Positions 35,411 through 47,353 of a stretch of DNA of 64,000 bases are shown here, piece after piece. Both the position numbers and the translations under genes were made by a program. The notes beneath the pieces were generated by a model. That model searched no databases, was not told the origin of the DNA, and was given only the letters and a program-made list of their open reading frames with translations. The DNA comes from Escherichia coli. GTDB taxonomy: Bacteria > Pseudomonadota > Gammaproteobacteria > Enterobacterales > Enterobacteriaceae. Position 1 is the stretch's first letter. Each line of letters opens with the position of its first letter. The stretch lies in the NCBI RefSeq assembly GCF_003334335.1, contig NZ_QOWQ01000029.1; one strand, given 5' to 3'.

Positions 35411-38400
35411 ATGAACAGGACCAGTCCCTATTATTGTCGCCGCTCAGTACTTTCCTTATTGATATCTGCCTTGATATATGCCCCGCCCGGGATGGCTGCC
35501 TTCACTACTAATGTTATTGGTGTGGTAAACGATGAGACTGTAGATGGCAACCAAAAAGTGGATGAACGAGGTACAACAAATAACACTCATATTATCAACC
35601 ATGGCCAGCAGAATGTTCATGGCGGGGTATCTAATGGAAGTCTTATTGAATCTGGTGGATATCAAGATATAGGAAGTCATAACAATTTTGTGGGGCAGGC
35701 TAATAATACAACCATTAACGGTGGCAGACAGTCAATTCATGACGGGGGTATTTCCACAGGTACGACAATCGAGAGTGGCAATCAGGACGTTTATAAAGGG
35801 GGTATCAGCAATGGAACGACAATTAAGGGCGGTGCTTCACGCGTAGAGGGAGGGAGTGCGAAAGGAATACTCATTGATGGTGGTAGCCAGATAGTAAAAG
35901 TTCAAGGGCATGCTGATGGTACAACGATAAATAAGTCTGGCTCTCAGGACGTAGTACAAGGAAGTCTGGCAACGAACACAACCATAAATGGTGGTCGACA
36001 GTATGTTGAACAGAGCACAGTAGAAACAACAACCATTAAAAATGGCGGTGAGCAAAGAGTATATGAGAGCCGTGCGCTGGACACGACGATTGAAGGCGGA
36101 ACTCAGTCTCTGAATAGTAAGTCAACGGCAAAAAATACGCATATCTATTCTGGTGGCACGCAAATTGTTGATAACACCAGCACCTCGGATGTTATTGAAG
36201 TTTATTCTGGTGGCGTGCTTGATGTTAGTGGTGGTACGGCAACAAATGTTACCCAGCACGATGGTGCAATTTTAAAAACTAACACTAACGGTACGACGGT
36301 GAGCGGTACGAATAGTGAAGGTGCATTCTCCATCCACAATCACGTGGCAGACAATGTGTTGCTGGAAAACGGTGGTCATTTAGACATAAACGCATATGGT
36401 TCGGCAAACAAGACGATTATTAAAGATAAAGGAACAATGTCAGTTTTAACCAATGCTAAAGCTGATGCGACCCGAATAGATAATGGCGGGGTTATGGATG
36501 TTGCAGGAAACGCGACAAATACCATAATTAATGGTGGCACACAGAATATTAATAATTATGGCATAGCCACAGGCACCAATATCAACAGCGGAACGCAAAA
36601 TATCAAAAGCGGCGGGAAAGCTGACACAACAATTATATCCTCCGGGAGCCGGCAGGTTGTTGAGAAAGATGGTACGGCAATTGGCAGCAATATTAGCGCC
36701 GGAGGCTCGCTGATTGTCTATACCGGCGGTATTGCACATGGGGTTAACCAGGAGACGGGCAGTGCTTTAGTTGCCAACACGGGTGCAGGGACTGATATCG
36801 AAGGATACAACAAGCTCTCTCACTTCACTATTACCGGAGGGGAGGCTAATTATGTTGTGCTGGAAAATACCGGCGAACTGACGGTAGTGGCTAAAACCTC
36901 GGCGAAAAATACTACCATTGATACTGGCGGTAAGCAGATTGTCCAGAAGGAGGCTAAAACAGATAGCACCAGACTTAATAATGGCGGCGTTCTGGAGGTT
37001 CAGGACGGTGGTGAGGCTAAGCATGTTGAGCAACAATCCGGCGGCGCATTAATTGCTTCCACGACCTCCGGAACACTTATCGAAGGAACCAACAGTTATG
37101 GTGATGCTTTCTACATCAGGAATTCAGAAGCTAAAAATGTAGTGCTGGAAAACGCTGGCTCATTAACAGTCGTCACTGGTTCCCGCGCAGTTGACACGAT
37201 TATTAATGCCAACGGCAAAATGGATGTTTATGGAAAAGATGTTGGCACTGTACTCAATAGTGCTGGCACCCAAACAATATATGCCAGTGCCACTTCTGAT
37301 AAAGCAAATATCAAAGGTGGCAAGCAAACGGTATATGGTTTAGCCACTGAAGCAAATATCGAAAGTGGTGAACAAATTGTTGATGGTGGGTCAACAGAGA
37401 AAACACACATCAATGGTGGCACGCAAACCGTTCAGAATTATGGTAAGGCAATCAATACCGATATCGTCTCTGGCCTACAACAAATTATGGCAAACGGGAC
37501 AGCGGAAGGTTCCATTATTAATGGGGGTTCACAGGTAGTTAATGAGGGCGGTCTGGCTGAAAACTCGGTGCTTAATGACGGCGGCACACTCGATGTGCGG
37601 GAGAAAGGCAGCGCAACGGGGATACAGCAGAGTAGCCAGGGCGCTTTGGTTGCAACCACCAGGGCGACGCGGGTCACAGGAACACGCGCGGATGGCGTCG
37701 CGTTCAGCATCGAGCAGGGTGCGGCGAACAATATCCTGCTGGCAAATGGCGGCGTGTTAACCGTGGAGTCAGACACCTCTTCTGACAAAACACAGGTCAA
37801 TATGGGCGGACGGGAGATCGTCAAAACAAAAGCCACTGCGACAGGCACGACGCTCACCGGCGGTGAACAAATTGTCGAGGGTGTGGCGAATGAGACAACA
37901 ATTAACGACGGCGGAATACAAACAGTTTCAGCTAACGGAGAGGCAATAAAAACAAAGATCAATGAAGGCGGTACGCTGACAGTCAACGATAATGGCAAAG
38001 CGACAGATATCGTCCAGAACAGCGGTGCCGCTCTCCAGACGAGCACGGCTAACGGTATTGAAATCAGCGGTACTCACCAGTACGGTACTTTTTCCATTTC
38101 CGGCAATTTAGCGACCAATATGTTGCTGGAAAATGGCGGTAATTTATTGGTATTAGCAGGTACCGAAGCTCGCGACTCCACGGTTGGCAAGGGTGGGGCA
38201 ATGCAAAACCTGGGTCAGGACTCCGCCACAAAGGTTAACTCTGGCGGGCAATATACCCTTGGGCGGTCAAAAGATGAGTTTCAGGCTCTGGCCCGGGCAG
38301 AAGATCTCCAGGTCGCTGGCGGTACGGCAATCGTCTACGCAGGTACGCTGGCGGATGCATCGGTCAGTGGCGCGACAGGAAGCCTGTCGTTAATGACGCC

Positions 38401-39991
38401 ACGGGATAATGTTACGCCAGTTAAACTCGAAGGGGCGGTCCGGATTACCGATAGCGCGACATTGACTCTGGGAAATGGCGTCGATACCACGCTTGCCGAC
38501 CTGACGGCTGCCAGCCGGGGCAGTGTCTGGCTTAACAGCAATAATTCCTGTGCAGGTACCAGCAACTGCGAATATAGAGTAAACAGTTTGCTACTCAACG
38601 ACGGTGATGTTTATTTGTCAGCACAAACAGCAGCGCCTGCCACAACTAACGGTATCTACAATACGCTGACAACCAATGAACTTTCCGGTAGCGGTAATTT
38701 CTACCTGCATACCAACGTTGCAGGCTCCCGGGGCGATCAACTGGTCGTCAACAACAACGCCACTGGTAATTTTAAAATCTTTGTTCAGGATACCGGCGTC
38801 AGCCCACAGTCTGACGACGCGATGACGCTGGTGAAAACAGGGGGAGGGGATGCTTCGTTTACGCTGGGCAATACCGGCGGTTTCGTTGATCTTGGGACCT
38901 ATGAGTATGTCCTGAAAAGTGACGGCAACAGCAACTGGAACCTGACCAATGATGTCAAACCCAACCCGGACCCCATCCCAAATCCAAAGCCAGACCCAAA
39001 ACCCGATCCAAAGCCAGACCCAAATCCAAAACCAGACCCTACTCCCGATCCAACGCCGACACCCGTTCCGGAGAAACGCATTACGCCTTCTACGGCAGCC
39101 GTACTCAATATGGCAGCAACATTACCGTTGGTATTTGATGCTGAGCTAAACAGTATTCGCGAGCGGTTGAACATAATGAAAGCGAGTCCACACAACAATA
39201 ATGTCTGGGGGGCGACGTATAACACCCGTAATAATGTCACCACCGATGCGGGTGCCGGGTTTGAGCAGACGCTGACCGGAATGACAGTGGGGATCGACAG
39301 CCGTAATGATATTCCTGAAGGAATTACCACGCTAGGCGCTTTTATGGGCTATTCCCATTCACATATCGGTTTTGATCGCGGAGGACATGGCAGTGTGGGC
39401 AGTTATTCTCTGGGCGGCTATGCCAGTTGGGAACATGAAAGTGGTTTCTATCTGGACGGTGTCGTGAAGCTGAACCGTTTTAAAAGTAACGTAGCAGGTA
39501 AAATGAGCAGCGGTGGAGCCGCCAATGGCAGTTACCACAGCAACGGGCTGGGCGGTCACATTGAAACCGGGATGCGATTTACCGATGGTAACTGGAACCT
39601 GACGCCGTATGCATCGTTAACGGGGTTCACCGCTGATAACCCCGAATATCATTTATCCAATGGCATGAAATCGAAATCAGTCGATACCCGCAGTATATAT
39701 CGTGAACTGGGCGCAACGCTGAGTTACAACATGCGTCTGGGGAACGGTATGGAAGTTGAGCCGTGGCTGAAGGCGGCTGTGCGCAAAGAATTTGTCGATG
39801 ATAACCGGGTGAAAGTGAATAGTGACGGTAATTTCGTCAATTATTTGTCGGGCAGACGTGGAATATACCAGGCAGGTATTAAAGCCTCATTCAGCAGTAC
39901 GTTAAGCGGGCATCTTGGGGTGGGGTATAGCCATAGTGCCGGTGTGGAATCCCCGTGGAACGCGGTAGCTGGTGTGAACTGGTCGTTCTGA
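35411..39991 (+). CDS. ypjA: AIDA-I-type autotransporter adhesin (1526 aa)
   Basis: Signal peptide MNRTSPYYCRRSVLSLLISALIYAPPGMA; long passenger of about 19-aa Gly/Thr/Asn-rich beta-helix repeats; Pro-rich linker; C-terminal beta-barrel ending ...GVNWSF; the ORF track extends 43 codons upstream to 35282. Confidence 0.9.
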   Translation: MNRTSPYYCRRSVLSLLISALIYAPPGMAAFTTNVIGVVNDETVDGNQKVDERGTTNNTHIINHGQQNVHGGVSNGSLIESGGYQDIGSHNNFVGQANNTTINGGRQSIHDGGISTGTTIESGNQDVYKGGISNGTTIKGGASRVEGGSAKGILIDGGSQIVKVQGHADGTTINKSGSQDVVQGSLATNTTINGGRQYVEQSTVETTTIKNGGEQRVYESRALDTTIEGGTQSLNSKSTAKNTHIYSGGTQIVDNTSTSDVIEVYSGGVLDVSGGTATNVTQHDGAILKTNTNGTTVSGTNSEGAFSIHNHVADNVLLENGGHLDINAYGSANKTIIKDKGTMSVLTNAKADATRIDNGGVMDVAGNATNTIINGGTQNINNYGIATGTNINSGTQNIKSGGKADTTIISSGSRQVVEKDGTAIGSNISAGGSLIVYTGGIAHGVNQETGSALVANTGAGTDIEGYNKLSHFTITGGEANYVVLENTGELTVVAKTSAKNTTIDTGGKQIVQKEAKTDSTRLNNGGVLEVQDGGEAKHVEQQSGGALIASTTSGTLIEGTNSYGDAFYIRNSEAKNVVLENAGSLTVVTGSRAVDTIINANGKMDVYGKDVGTVLNSAGTQTIYASATSDKANIKGGKQTVYGLATEANIESGEQIVDGGSTEKTHINGGTQTVQNYGKAINTDIVSGLQQIMANGTAEGSIINGGSQVVNEGGLAENSVLNDGGTLDVREKGSATGIQQSSQGALVATTRATRVTGTRADGVAFSIEQGAANNILLANGGVLTVESDTSSDKTQVNMGGREIVKTKATATGTTLTGGEQIVEGVANETTINDGGIQTVSANGEAIKTKINEGGTLTVNDNGKATDIVQNSGAALQTSTANGIEISGTHQYGTFSISGNLATNMLLENGGNLLVLAGTEARDSTVGKGGAMQNLGQDSATKVNSGGQYTLGRSKDEFQALARAEDLQVAGGTAIVYAGTLADASVSGATGSLSLMTPRDNVTPVKLEGAVRITDSATLTLGNGVDTTLADLTAASRGSVWLNSNNSCAGTSNCEYRVNSLLLNDGDVYLSAQTAAPATTNGIYNTLTTNELSGSGNFYLHTNVAGSRGDQLVVNNNATGNFKIFVQDTGVSPQSDDAMTLVKTGGGDASFTLGNTGGFVDLGTYEYVLKSDGNSNWNLTNDVKPNPDPIPNPKPDPKPDPKPDPNPKPDPTPDPTPTPVPEKRITPSTAAVLNMAATLPLVFDAELNSIRERLNIMKASPHNNNVWGATYNTRNNVTTDAGAGFEQTLTGMTVGIDSRNDIPEGITTLGAFMGYSHSHIGFDRGGHGSVGSYSLGGYASWEHESGFYLDGVVKLNRFKSNVAGKMSSGGAANGSYHSNGLGGHIETGMRFTDGNWNLTPYASLTGFTADNPEYHLSNGMKSKSVDTRSIYRELGATLSYNMRLGNGMEVEPWLKAAVRKEFVDDNRVKVNSDGNFVNYLSGRRGIYQAGIKASFSSTLSGHLGVGYSHSAGVESPWNAVAGVNWSF
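38960..39070 (+). repeat. Tandem PKPD/PNPD/PTPD codon repeat (proline-rich linker) inside ypjA
   Basis: PNPDPIPNPKPDPKPDPKPDPNPKPDPTPDPTPTPVP encoded by reiterated ccaaa(g/a)ccagaccc units. Confidence 0.8.
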
Positions 39992-40000
39992 CCATCAACG

Positions 40001-40028
40001 AAAAAGCCCACATCTGTGGGCTTTCATG
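40001..40028 (+). terminator. Intrinsic terminator of ypjA
   Basis: aaaaagcccacatctgtgggcttt hairpin plus T-run 10 nt after the stop. Confidence 0.7.
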
Positions 40029-40151
40029 TTACCAGGAGCCGCGGCTCCTTTGCGTATCCTTTTATGTCTCCTCACCGTCTGGTCGGTGTTTTGCTGAGAC
40101 TTCTAACTTCCTGTTTTTGTTGGTGTTGTCCTTACACCGTCCAATCATGAT

Positions 40152-40514
40152 TGGTGGAGCTGGCGGGAGTTGAACCCGCGTCCGAAATTCCTACATCCTC
40201 GGTACTACATGCTTAGTCAGTCTTTACATTCGCTTGCCAGCTGCGGACGGACACGCCACTAACAAACTAGCCTGATTAAGTTTTAACGCTTCAACCCCAG
40301 GCAGGGCTTCCACGCGATCTCTTTTGGGTTTGACCTCTCTTGATCCCCGTCCTAAGAGCGGAGGCTAGGGAGAGAGGGCTCTAAGCAGGTTATTAAGCTG
40401 CTAAAGCGTAGTTTTCGTCGTTTGCGACTATTTTTTGCGGCTTTTTACGAGGCCAACCGCCCCTCGGCATGCACCTTGGGTTTCGCAAATCCCGTCGAAT
40501 CCAGAATCAGCCCC
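40152..40514 (-). ncRNA. ssrA: tmRNA (SsrA)
   Basis: Minus strand reads GGGGCTGATTCTGGATTCGACGGG...CGGGTTCAACTCCCGCCAGCTCCACCA and includes the tag ORF gcaaacgacgaaaactacgctttagcagcttaa (ANDENYALAA). Confidence 0.95.
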
Positions 40515-40728
40515 AATGTGTAAAGGTAAGTATACCAGATTTATGAGCGCCATGACCAGCCTCAATGGCGTTATCGTTAAAGATTTAGCACCCATGTAGC
40601 CTGATTTTTATTCGATTAAGCAATGGGATGGCAACATTTGTGTCGGATGTGATAGCCAATAAGATGTTCATTCGCGCCGCCGGAGAGGGAGGCGCGGTGA
40701 GGAACTGGTCAATAATTGGAGTGCAGGT

Positions 40729-41211
40729 TTAACGGTGGGCGTTTTTCATGATACGTGCTTTATCCACCTGCCATTCGCGCTCTTTGATATCTGAACGTTT
40801 ATCGTGCTGTTTCTTACCTTTGGCGACGCCGATTTTCACTTTGCACCAGGCATTTTTCCAGTACAGGGAGAGCGCCACTACGGTATAGCCTTCTCGATTG
40901 ACGCGACCGTACAATGAGTCCAGTTCGCGCTGGTTGAGAAGTAACTTGCGGGTACGGGTAGGATCGCACACCACATGCGTGGAGGCCACGGCCATTGGCG
41001 TGATGTTAGCGCCAAACAGAAATGCCTCTCCGTCACGCAGAAGGACGTAGCTGTCGCTGATATTGGCTTTTCCTGCGCGCAGGGATTTAACTTCCCAGCC
41101 TTGCAGGGCAAGTCCCGCTTCGAACTCTTCTTCGATAAAGTATTCGTGACGGGCGCGCTTGTTAAGCGCGATGGTCGCTGAACCAGGTTTATGTGCTTTT
41201 TTCTTCGTCAT
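40729..41211 (-). CDS. smpB: SsrA-binding protein
   Basis: 160-aa ORF upstream of ssrA. Confidence 0.95.
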
Positions 41212-41342
41212 AAGCGTCGTGAATCATCGGTAATCTGAAATCGAAAACACCCCATATCAATCCTGCGGGGGACAAGGCTCTATCTTAGCATGAACCCGAT
41301 GTTACCCAGCGCCGGGATAGCGTTTTTTTTACAGCAGGATAA

Positions 41343-41819
41343 ATGATATTATTTGTTGGATTTTTGTTGATGGAAATTGTTATGCCTCAGATTAGCCGGA
41401 CCGCACTGGTACCCTACAGCGCGGAGCAAATGTATCAGTTAGTGAATGACGTTCAGTCTTATCCTCAGTTTTTGCCGGGTTGTACCGGAAGTCGGATTCT
41501 GGAGTCCACTCCTGGGCAGATGACTGCGGCGGTAGATGTCTCTAAGGCTGGGATCAGCAAAACGTTTACTACCCGCAACCAGTTGACCAGTAACCAAAGT
41601 ATTCTTATGAATCTGGTGGATGGGCCGTTCAAGAAATTGATTGGTGGATGGAAGTTTACGCCGCTGAGCCAGGAGGCGTGTCGTATCGAGTTTCATCTCG
41701 ACTTTGAGTTTACCAATAAGTTGATTGAACTCGCCTTTGGTCGCGTGTTTAAAGAGCTGGCGGCTAATATGGTCCAGGCTTTTACGGTTCGTGCGAAAGA
41801 GGTTTACAGTGCCAGGTAA
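41343..41819 (+). CDS. ratA: SRPBCC/Coq10-like protein RatA (PasT)
   Basis: 158-aa ORF; the start may be the internal MPQISRTAL. Confidence 0.85.
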   Translation: MILFVGFLLMEIVMPQISRTALVPYSAEQMYQLVNDVQSYPQFLPGCTGSRILESTPGQMTAAVDVSKAGISKTFTTRNQLTSNQSILMNLVDGPFKKLIGGWKFTPLSQEACRIEFHLDFEFTNKLIELAFGRVFKELAANMVQAFTVRAKEVYSAR

Positions 41820-42099
41820 AATTGCCGTTGAGGTGGCTTATGCGCTACCTGAGAAGCAGTACCTGCAGCGAGTGACGCTGCAGGAGGGCGCGACGGTTGA
41901 AGAAGCTATTCGCGCCAGTGGCTTGCTGGAATTGCGTACCGATATCGATTTAACTAAAAACAAAGTCGGCATTTACAGCCGTCCGGCAAAACTAAGCGAT
42001 AGTGTGCATGATGGCGATCGGGTGGAGATTTATCGCCCTCTCATTGCCGATCCGAAAGAGCTTCGCAGGCAACGAGCAGAAAAATCAGCGAATAAATAA
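41809..42099 (+). CDS. ratB: RatB (PasI/YfjF), GTG start overlapping the ratA stop
   Basis: 96-aa frame from GTG at 41809 ([16 protein letters not shown]...), overlapping the ratA stop codon at 41817-41819. Confidence 0.75.
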
Positions 42100-42160
42100 C
42101 AGACAGAAAAAAGGTGCTCATTGAGCACCTTTTTTAACGTCTTTGAGAGCAACTTTATTA

Positions 42161-42502
42161 TTAGTTACCACTCAGCGCAGGTTTGTTATCAATATTGGTC
42201 AACACACCGCTACTGTTAAAGGTCAGCGTCAGCGTTTGCTGAGTTACACCTTCATGACCTGGTTGCTGGCGGAAGACATAGAACCAGGTATTCGTACCAA
42301 ATGGATCGGACATCAGCGGTGTACCCAATGCGTACGCAACTTGTTGTTGCGTCATGCCAACACGTATTTTGGATACGTCGTTAGCGGTCAGATAGTTCCC
42401 CTGGTTGATGTCAGGACGGTAAACCACTCGCTCCAGAGTGGAACAGCCTGCGGTCAACATCAATAGTACTGCTGCTGCAGCAGTCAGCGTTTTACAGCGC
42501 AT
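42161..42502 (-). CDS. bamE: Outer membrane assembly lipoprotein BamE
   Basis: 113-aa ORF with lipoprotein signal (...LTAGCSTLE). Confidence 0.9.
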
Positions 42503-42650
42503 AGTGATTTGATTCCTTTTCGGGCCCGAGCAGTACGTGGCTCATCTGTAATATGCCGATGATAATAGACCTTTCATCACTTTAAAACCTTTTGCTTTCC
42601 GGTCTTACGGCGTTTTGCTGTTTACTCTGACCGTGAAGCAGGAAAAAAGT

Positions 42651-44312
42651 TTACGCTGCAAGCAGTTCTTTCGCATTCGCCAGTGTATTACGTGTGACTT
42701 CACTGCCACCAAGCAGGCGCGCCAGCTCTTGTAACCGCGCTTTTTTATTCAGGGATTGCATATGCGTTTCTGTCATCGCACCATCGGTTTCTTTGCTGAC
42801 AAAATAGTGTTGATGACCACATCCCGCGACTTGTGGCAGGTGGGTAACACACATCACCTGAGTTGATTCGCCGAGTTGACGCAGCAGTTTGCCGACAACT
42901 GCCGCTGTTGGACCGCTAATCCCTACATCCACTTCATCAAAAATCAGTGCCGGGGTTTCCATTTTACGCGCCGTGATGACCTGGATTGCCAGTGCGATGC
43001 GGGACAATTCACCACCGGATGCGACTTTGGCAATAGGCTGCATTGGCTGACCTGGGTTGGTGGTTACCCGAAACTCAATACGATCGGCACCGTCAGCGCC
43101 CAGGTGATGCTCGTCAAATTTAACATCGATCGTAAACTGCCCATGCGGCATTGAGAGCGCATGCATACTGTCGGTGATCAGCTGTGCAAGTTCTTCTGCA
43201 TATTGCTGGCGTTGTTGGTGTAATGCGCGCGCGATTTCCAGTGCCTGCTGATGATGTTTCGTTACCGCCAGCGCAAGCGTTTCTTGTGAGTCGGCCTGAT
43301 CGTCCAGTTGCTGCTGTTCTTCCAGTAGCGACTGGTAATACTGTGGCAATGCCTCAGGGCTGACGTGATGTTTACGTGCCAGCGAAATCTGTTTTGAGAT
43401 GCGCTGTTCAAGTTCAAATAGTCGGTTGGGATCGAGATCCAGACGATCGCAGTAGTGGCGCAGTTCATCGCTGGCTTCAGCAATCTGGATGGTAGCTTCT
43501 TCCAGCATATCAAGTACGCCGGACAGTTTGCTGTCCATGCCAATCAATTCGCTCACCAGTTGTTTAGCCGTGTAAAGCTGACTTTGCAGGTTTGCGTCTT
43601 CACCGTCGGCCATTAATGCCAATGCATTCTGGCTGGTGGTCAGCAATTGACCGCTGTTCGCCAGACGTTTGTACTCTTCGTCGATTTGTTCAAACTCTCC
43701 GGGCTGCGGATTAAATTCGTTAAGTTCTTTTAATTGGTATTGCAGCAGTTCCGCACGGGCGGCGCGTTCCTGACTTAACTGTTGATGATGCGCGAGGTCA
43801 CGGCAGCTTTGATGCCACAACTGATAACGTGCGGTCATTTCCTGCAGTAGAGAGGTTTCATTGGCATAGCCATCAAGCAGGAATTTTTGGTGCTCAGGTT
43901 TGGTGAGTAATTGATGAGCGTGCTGACCATGGATCTGAATCAGCAACTGACCCAGTTCGCGCAGTTGTGACAGAGGAACAGCTGTACCGTTGATGAAACC
44001 ACGGGAGCGACCATCGCTGCTGATCACGCGACGAAGCAAACATTCATGCCCGTCTTCAAGCTGGTTTTCTTCCAGCCAGCGCAGAGCCGCTGGCGTATCT
44101 TTCAGAGAAAAACGGGCGCACAGGTCAGCGCGAGCAGCGCCGGTACGCACCATGTCGGCTTCAGCGCGACCACCGAGACAAAGACCGAGGGCATCTATTG
44201 CAATAGATTTACCCGCGCCGGTCTCGCCAGTTATTACGGTCATGCCGCTATGAAAATCAATCTCAAGCTCACGAACGATAGCAAAGTTGCTGATGGTCAG
44301 TTGTGCCAACAT
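42651..44312 (-). CDS. recN: DNA repair protein RecN
   Basis: 553-aa SMC-like ORF with Walker A GETGAGKS. Confidence 0.95.
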
Positions 44313-44321
44313 AGTCGTTTT

Positions 44322-44380
44322 CCTGTATGAAAAACCATTACTGTTATTGTGTACAGTATAAACTGGTTTTATATACAGTA
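44322..44380 (-). promoter_or_regulatory. recN SOS operator with overlapping LexA boxes
   Basis: tactgttattgtgtacagta (44339-44358) and aactggttttatatacagta (44361-44380) fit CTGT-N8-ACAG; a weaker third box lies at 44322-44343. Confidence 0.7.
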
Positions 44381-44397
44381 AAGAGGCTGGCGTAAAA

Positions 44398-45276
44398 TTA
44401 GAATAATTTTTTTGACCAGCCGAGCTTGGTGCTTAATGTGTTGAAATAACTGTAATCTTTCGGATGAATCAGATTCAGATGGTAATCACAGCGACGAATC
44501 AGGACATCTTCACCTTCCTGAATCGGCAGTGCTATCTGGCTGTCGCAACTGATTTCCAGGTCGTTACGGCGATGCGAAAAACGCAGACGGATCGTGCTGC
44601 TGCTGTTTATGACCAGTGGTCGTGCTGACAACGTATGCGGGAACATGGGCACCAGGGTAATCGCATCCAGAGAGGGGGTCAGAATAGGACCGCCTGCAGA
44701 GAGGGAATAGGCGGTGGAGCCTGTTGGCGTCGAAATAATTAGTCCATCAGATCGCTGAGAAAACGCAAAGATCTCGTCGATATACACTTCGAACTCAATC
44801 ATATGCGCCACTTTGCCTGGATGAAGCACCACTTCATTTATCGCGGTGCTGATGCGTTTCTGGCAATCTTGCTGACAGACTTGCGCTTCCAGCAAAAAAC
44901 GTTTCTCGCTGATGTAGTGGCCTTCCAGCACATCGGCTAACTGTTGCTGGGCGTTATCGGGGTCAAGGTCAGTCAGGAAACCCAGGTTGCCACGGTTGAT
45001 TCCAATAACTTTAATATCGTAACGGGCGAGTGTGCGTGCCGCGCCCAGCATATTACCGTCGCCACCAACGACTACCGCGAGATCAGCTAGTTGCCCAATC
45101 TCCGCGAGCGTGCCAGTTTTCACATTCTTCAGTTGCAGTTCGTGAGCGATTTGTTGCTCAACGATGACCTCGTAACCTTTTGTGCACAGCCAGCGGTAGA
45201 GCATTTCATGTGTTGTCAGTGCAGTGGGGTGCCGTGGGTGTCCCACAATGCCAATACACTTGAAATGATTATTCAT
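44398..45276 (-). CDS. nadK: NAD kinase
   Basis: 292-aa ORF with GGDGN motif. Confidence 0.95.
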
Positions 45277-45322
45277 TTTTCCGAGGTCCTTGTTGCGAAG
45301 ATTGATGACAATGTGAGTGCTT

Positions 45323-45353
45323 CCCTTGAAACCCTGAAACTGATCCCCATAAT
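45323..45353 (+). promoter_or_regulatory. sigma32 heat-shock promoter of grpE
   Basis: cccttgaaa -35 and ccccataat -10 with 13-nt spacing, matching the sigma32 consensus CTTGAAA/CCCCATNT. Confidence 0.7.
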
Positions 45354-45365
45354 AAGCGAAGTTAG

Positions 45366-45992
<627 letters not shown>

Positions 45993-46046
45993 TTTCTGCT
46001 TTCGTAATAATTCACGGCCCTGCATGCGAATGCCGGGCCGTTTTCG

Positions 46047-47309
46047 TTACTCCGCCACACTCTCGCGCAGCGGTTTCACAGGAAAAACTTTTACCTGCTT
46101 AATCATATTGTCCTGTACGTCGAGAATATCGATATCGTACTCGCCAATACGCACGCGGGTGCCTGCGACAGGGATCTCTTCCAGTGCCTCAAGAATGACG
46201 CCATTAACCGTGCGGGCATCATCTTCCGGTAGATGCCAGTTAAAGGCTTTGTTGATTTCCCGCACGTTGGCGGTGCCATCGATAATCACCGAACCGTCGT
46301 TTTGCGGCGTGACCTCTTCGGCAAGTGTTGGCGACATCGACGTAGTGAAATCGCCGACAATCTCTTCCAGAATATCTTCAACCGTCACCAGCCCCTGAAT
46401 GTCTCCATACTCGTTGACGACCAGGCCGACTTTCTTTTTGTTGCGCTGAAACTTTACCAACTGCGTGCTGAGCGGCGTACCTTCCGGCACAAAATAGATC
46501 TCGTCCGCGGCGCGCAGCATGGTTTCTTTGGTGAACTCTTTTTTCTCCGACATCAACCGCCAGGCTTCACGTACTCGCAGCATACTGATGGCGTCGTCCA
46601 GCGAATCACGGTAGAGCACGATGCGCCCGTGAGGTGAGTGGGAGAGTTGGCGCAGAATCGATTTCCAGTCATCGTTGATATCAATACCGATAATTTCACT
46701 GCGCGGCACCATGATGTCATCAACGGTCATTTTTTCCAGATCGAGCACCGACAGCAGCATATCCTGATTGCGACGGGAAATTTGTGAGCGTGATTCGTGC
46801 ACGATAGTGCGCAACTCTTCTTTGCTCAAAGAGCCGCTAACCACGATATCGGTTTTGATACCCATCATGCGCATCAGCATACGGGTGATAGCATTCAGCA
46901 ACCAGACCAGCGGCATCATCAAAATTTGCAGCGGAGCCAGCAGAAAACTACTCGGATAAGCGACTTTTTCCGGGTACAGCGCGGCAATGGTTTTCGGCAA
47001 TACCTCAGCAAATACCAGTACGACAAAAGTCAGCACACCAGTCGCAATTGCCACGCCCGCATCGCCGTACAAACGCATCCCAACAATAGTGCCGAGCGCG
47101 GAGGCAAGAATATTGACCAGGTTATTGCCGATTAACACCAGGCTTATCAGGCGGTCTGGCTTACGCAGCAATTTTTCGACGCGTTTGGCCGAGCGATTAC
47201 CCTGTTTCGCCATATGTCGCAGACGATAGCGGTTGAGGGTCATCATTCCGGTTTCGGACCCGGAAAAATAGGCTGAAATGACCACCATGATGATCAGAAT
47301 AATGATCAA
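46047..47309 (-). CDS. yfjD: CorC/HlyC-type inner membrane protein with CBS domains (UPF0053)
   Basis: 420-aa ORF; synteny between grpE and ypjD. Confidence 0.85.
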   Translation of the reverse strand: MIIILIIMVVISAYFSGSETGMMTLNRYRLRHMAKQGNRSAKRVEKLLRKPDRLISLVLIGNNLVNILASALGTIVGMRLYGDAGVAIATGVLTFVVLVFAEVLPKTIAALYPEKVAYPSSFLLAPLQILMMPLVWLLNAITRMLMRMMGIKTDIVVSGSLSKEELRTIVHESRSQISRRNQDMLLSVLDLEKMTVDDIMVPRSEIIGIDINDDWKSILRQLSHSPHGRIVLYRDSLDDAISMLRVREAWRLMSEKKEFTKETMLRAADEIYFVPEGTPLSTQLVKFQRNKKKVGLVVNEYGDIQGLVTVEDILEEIVGDFTTSMSPTLAEEVTPQNDGSVIIDGTANVREINKAFNWHLPEDDARTVNGVILEALEEIPVAGTRVRIGEYDIDILDVQDNMIKQVKVFPVKPLRESVAE

Positions 47310-47353
47310 CGTAGTAGTAGAAATGTGTTCCAGGGGAAACTCCTTTTCTGGGT

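Noticed and set aside
37438..39330. Minus-strand ORFs of 202 and 143 aa inside ypjA
   Set aside because: They are antisense to a highly repetitive Gly/Thr/Pro-rich coding region; low-complexity antisense frames are expected artefacts.
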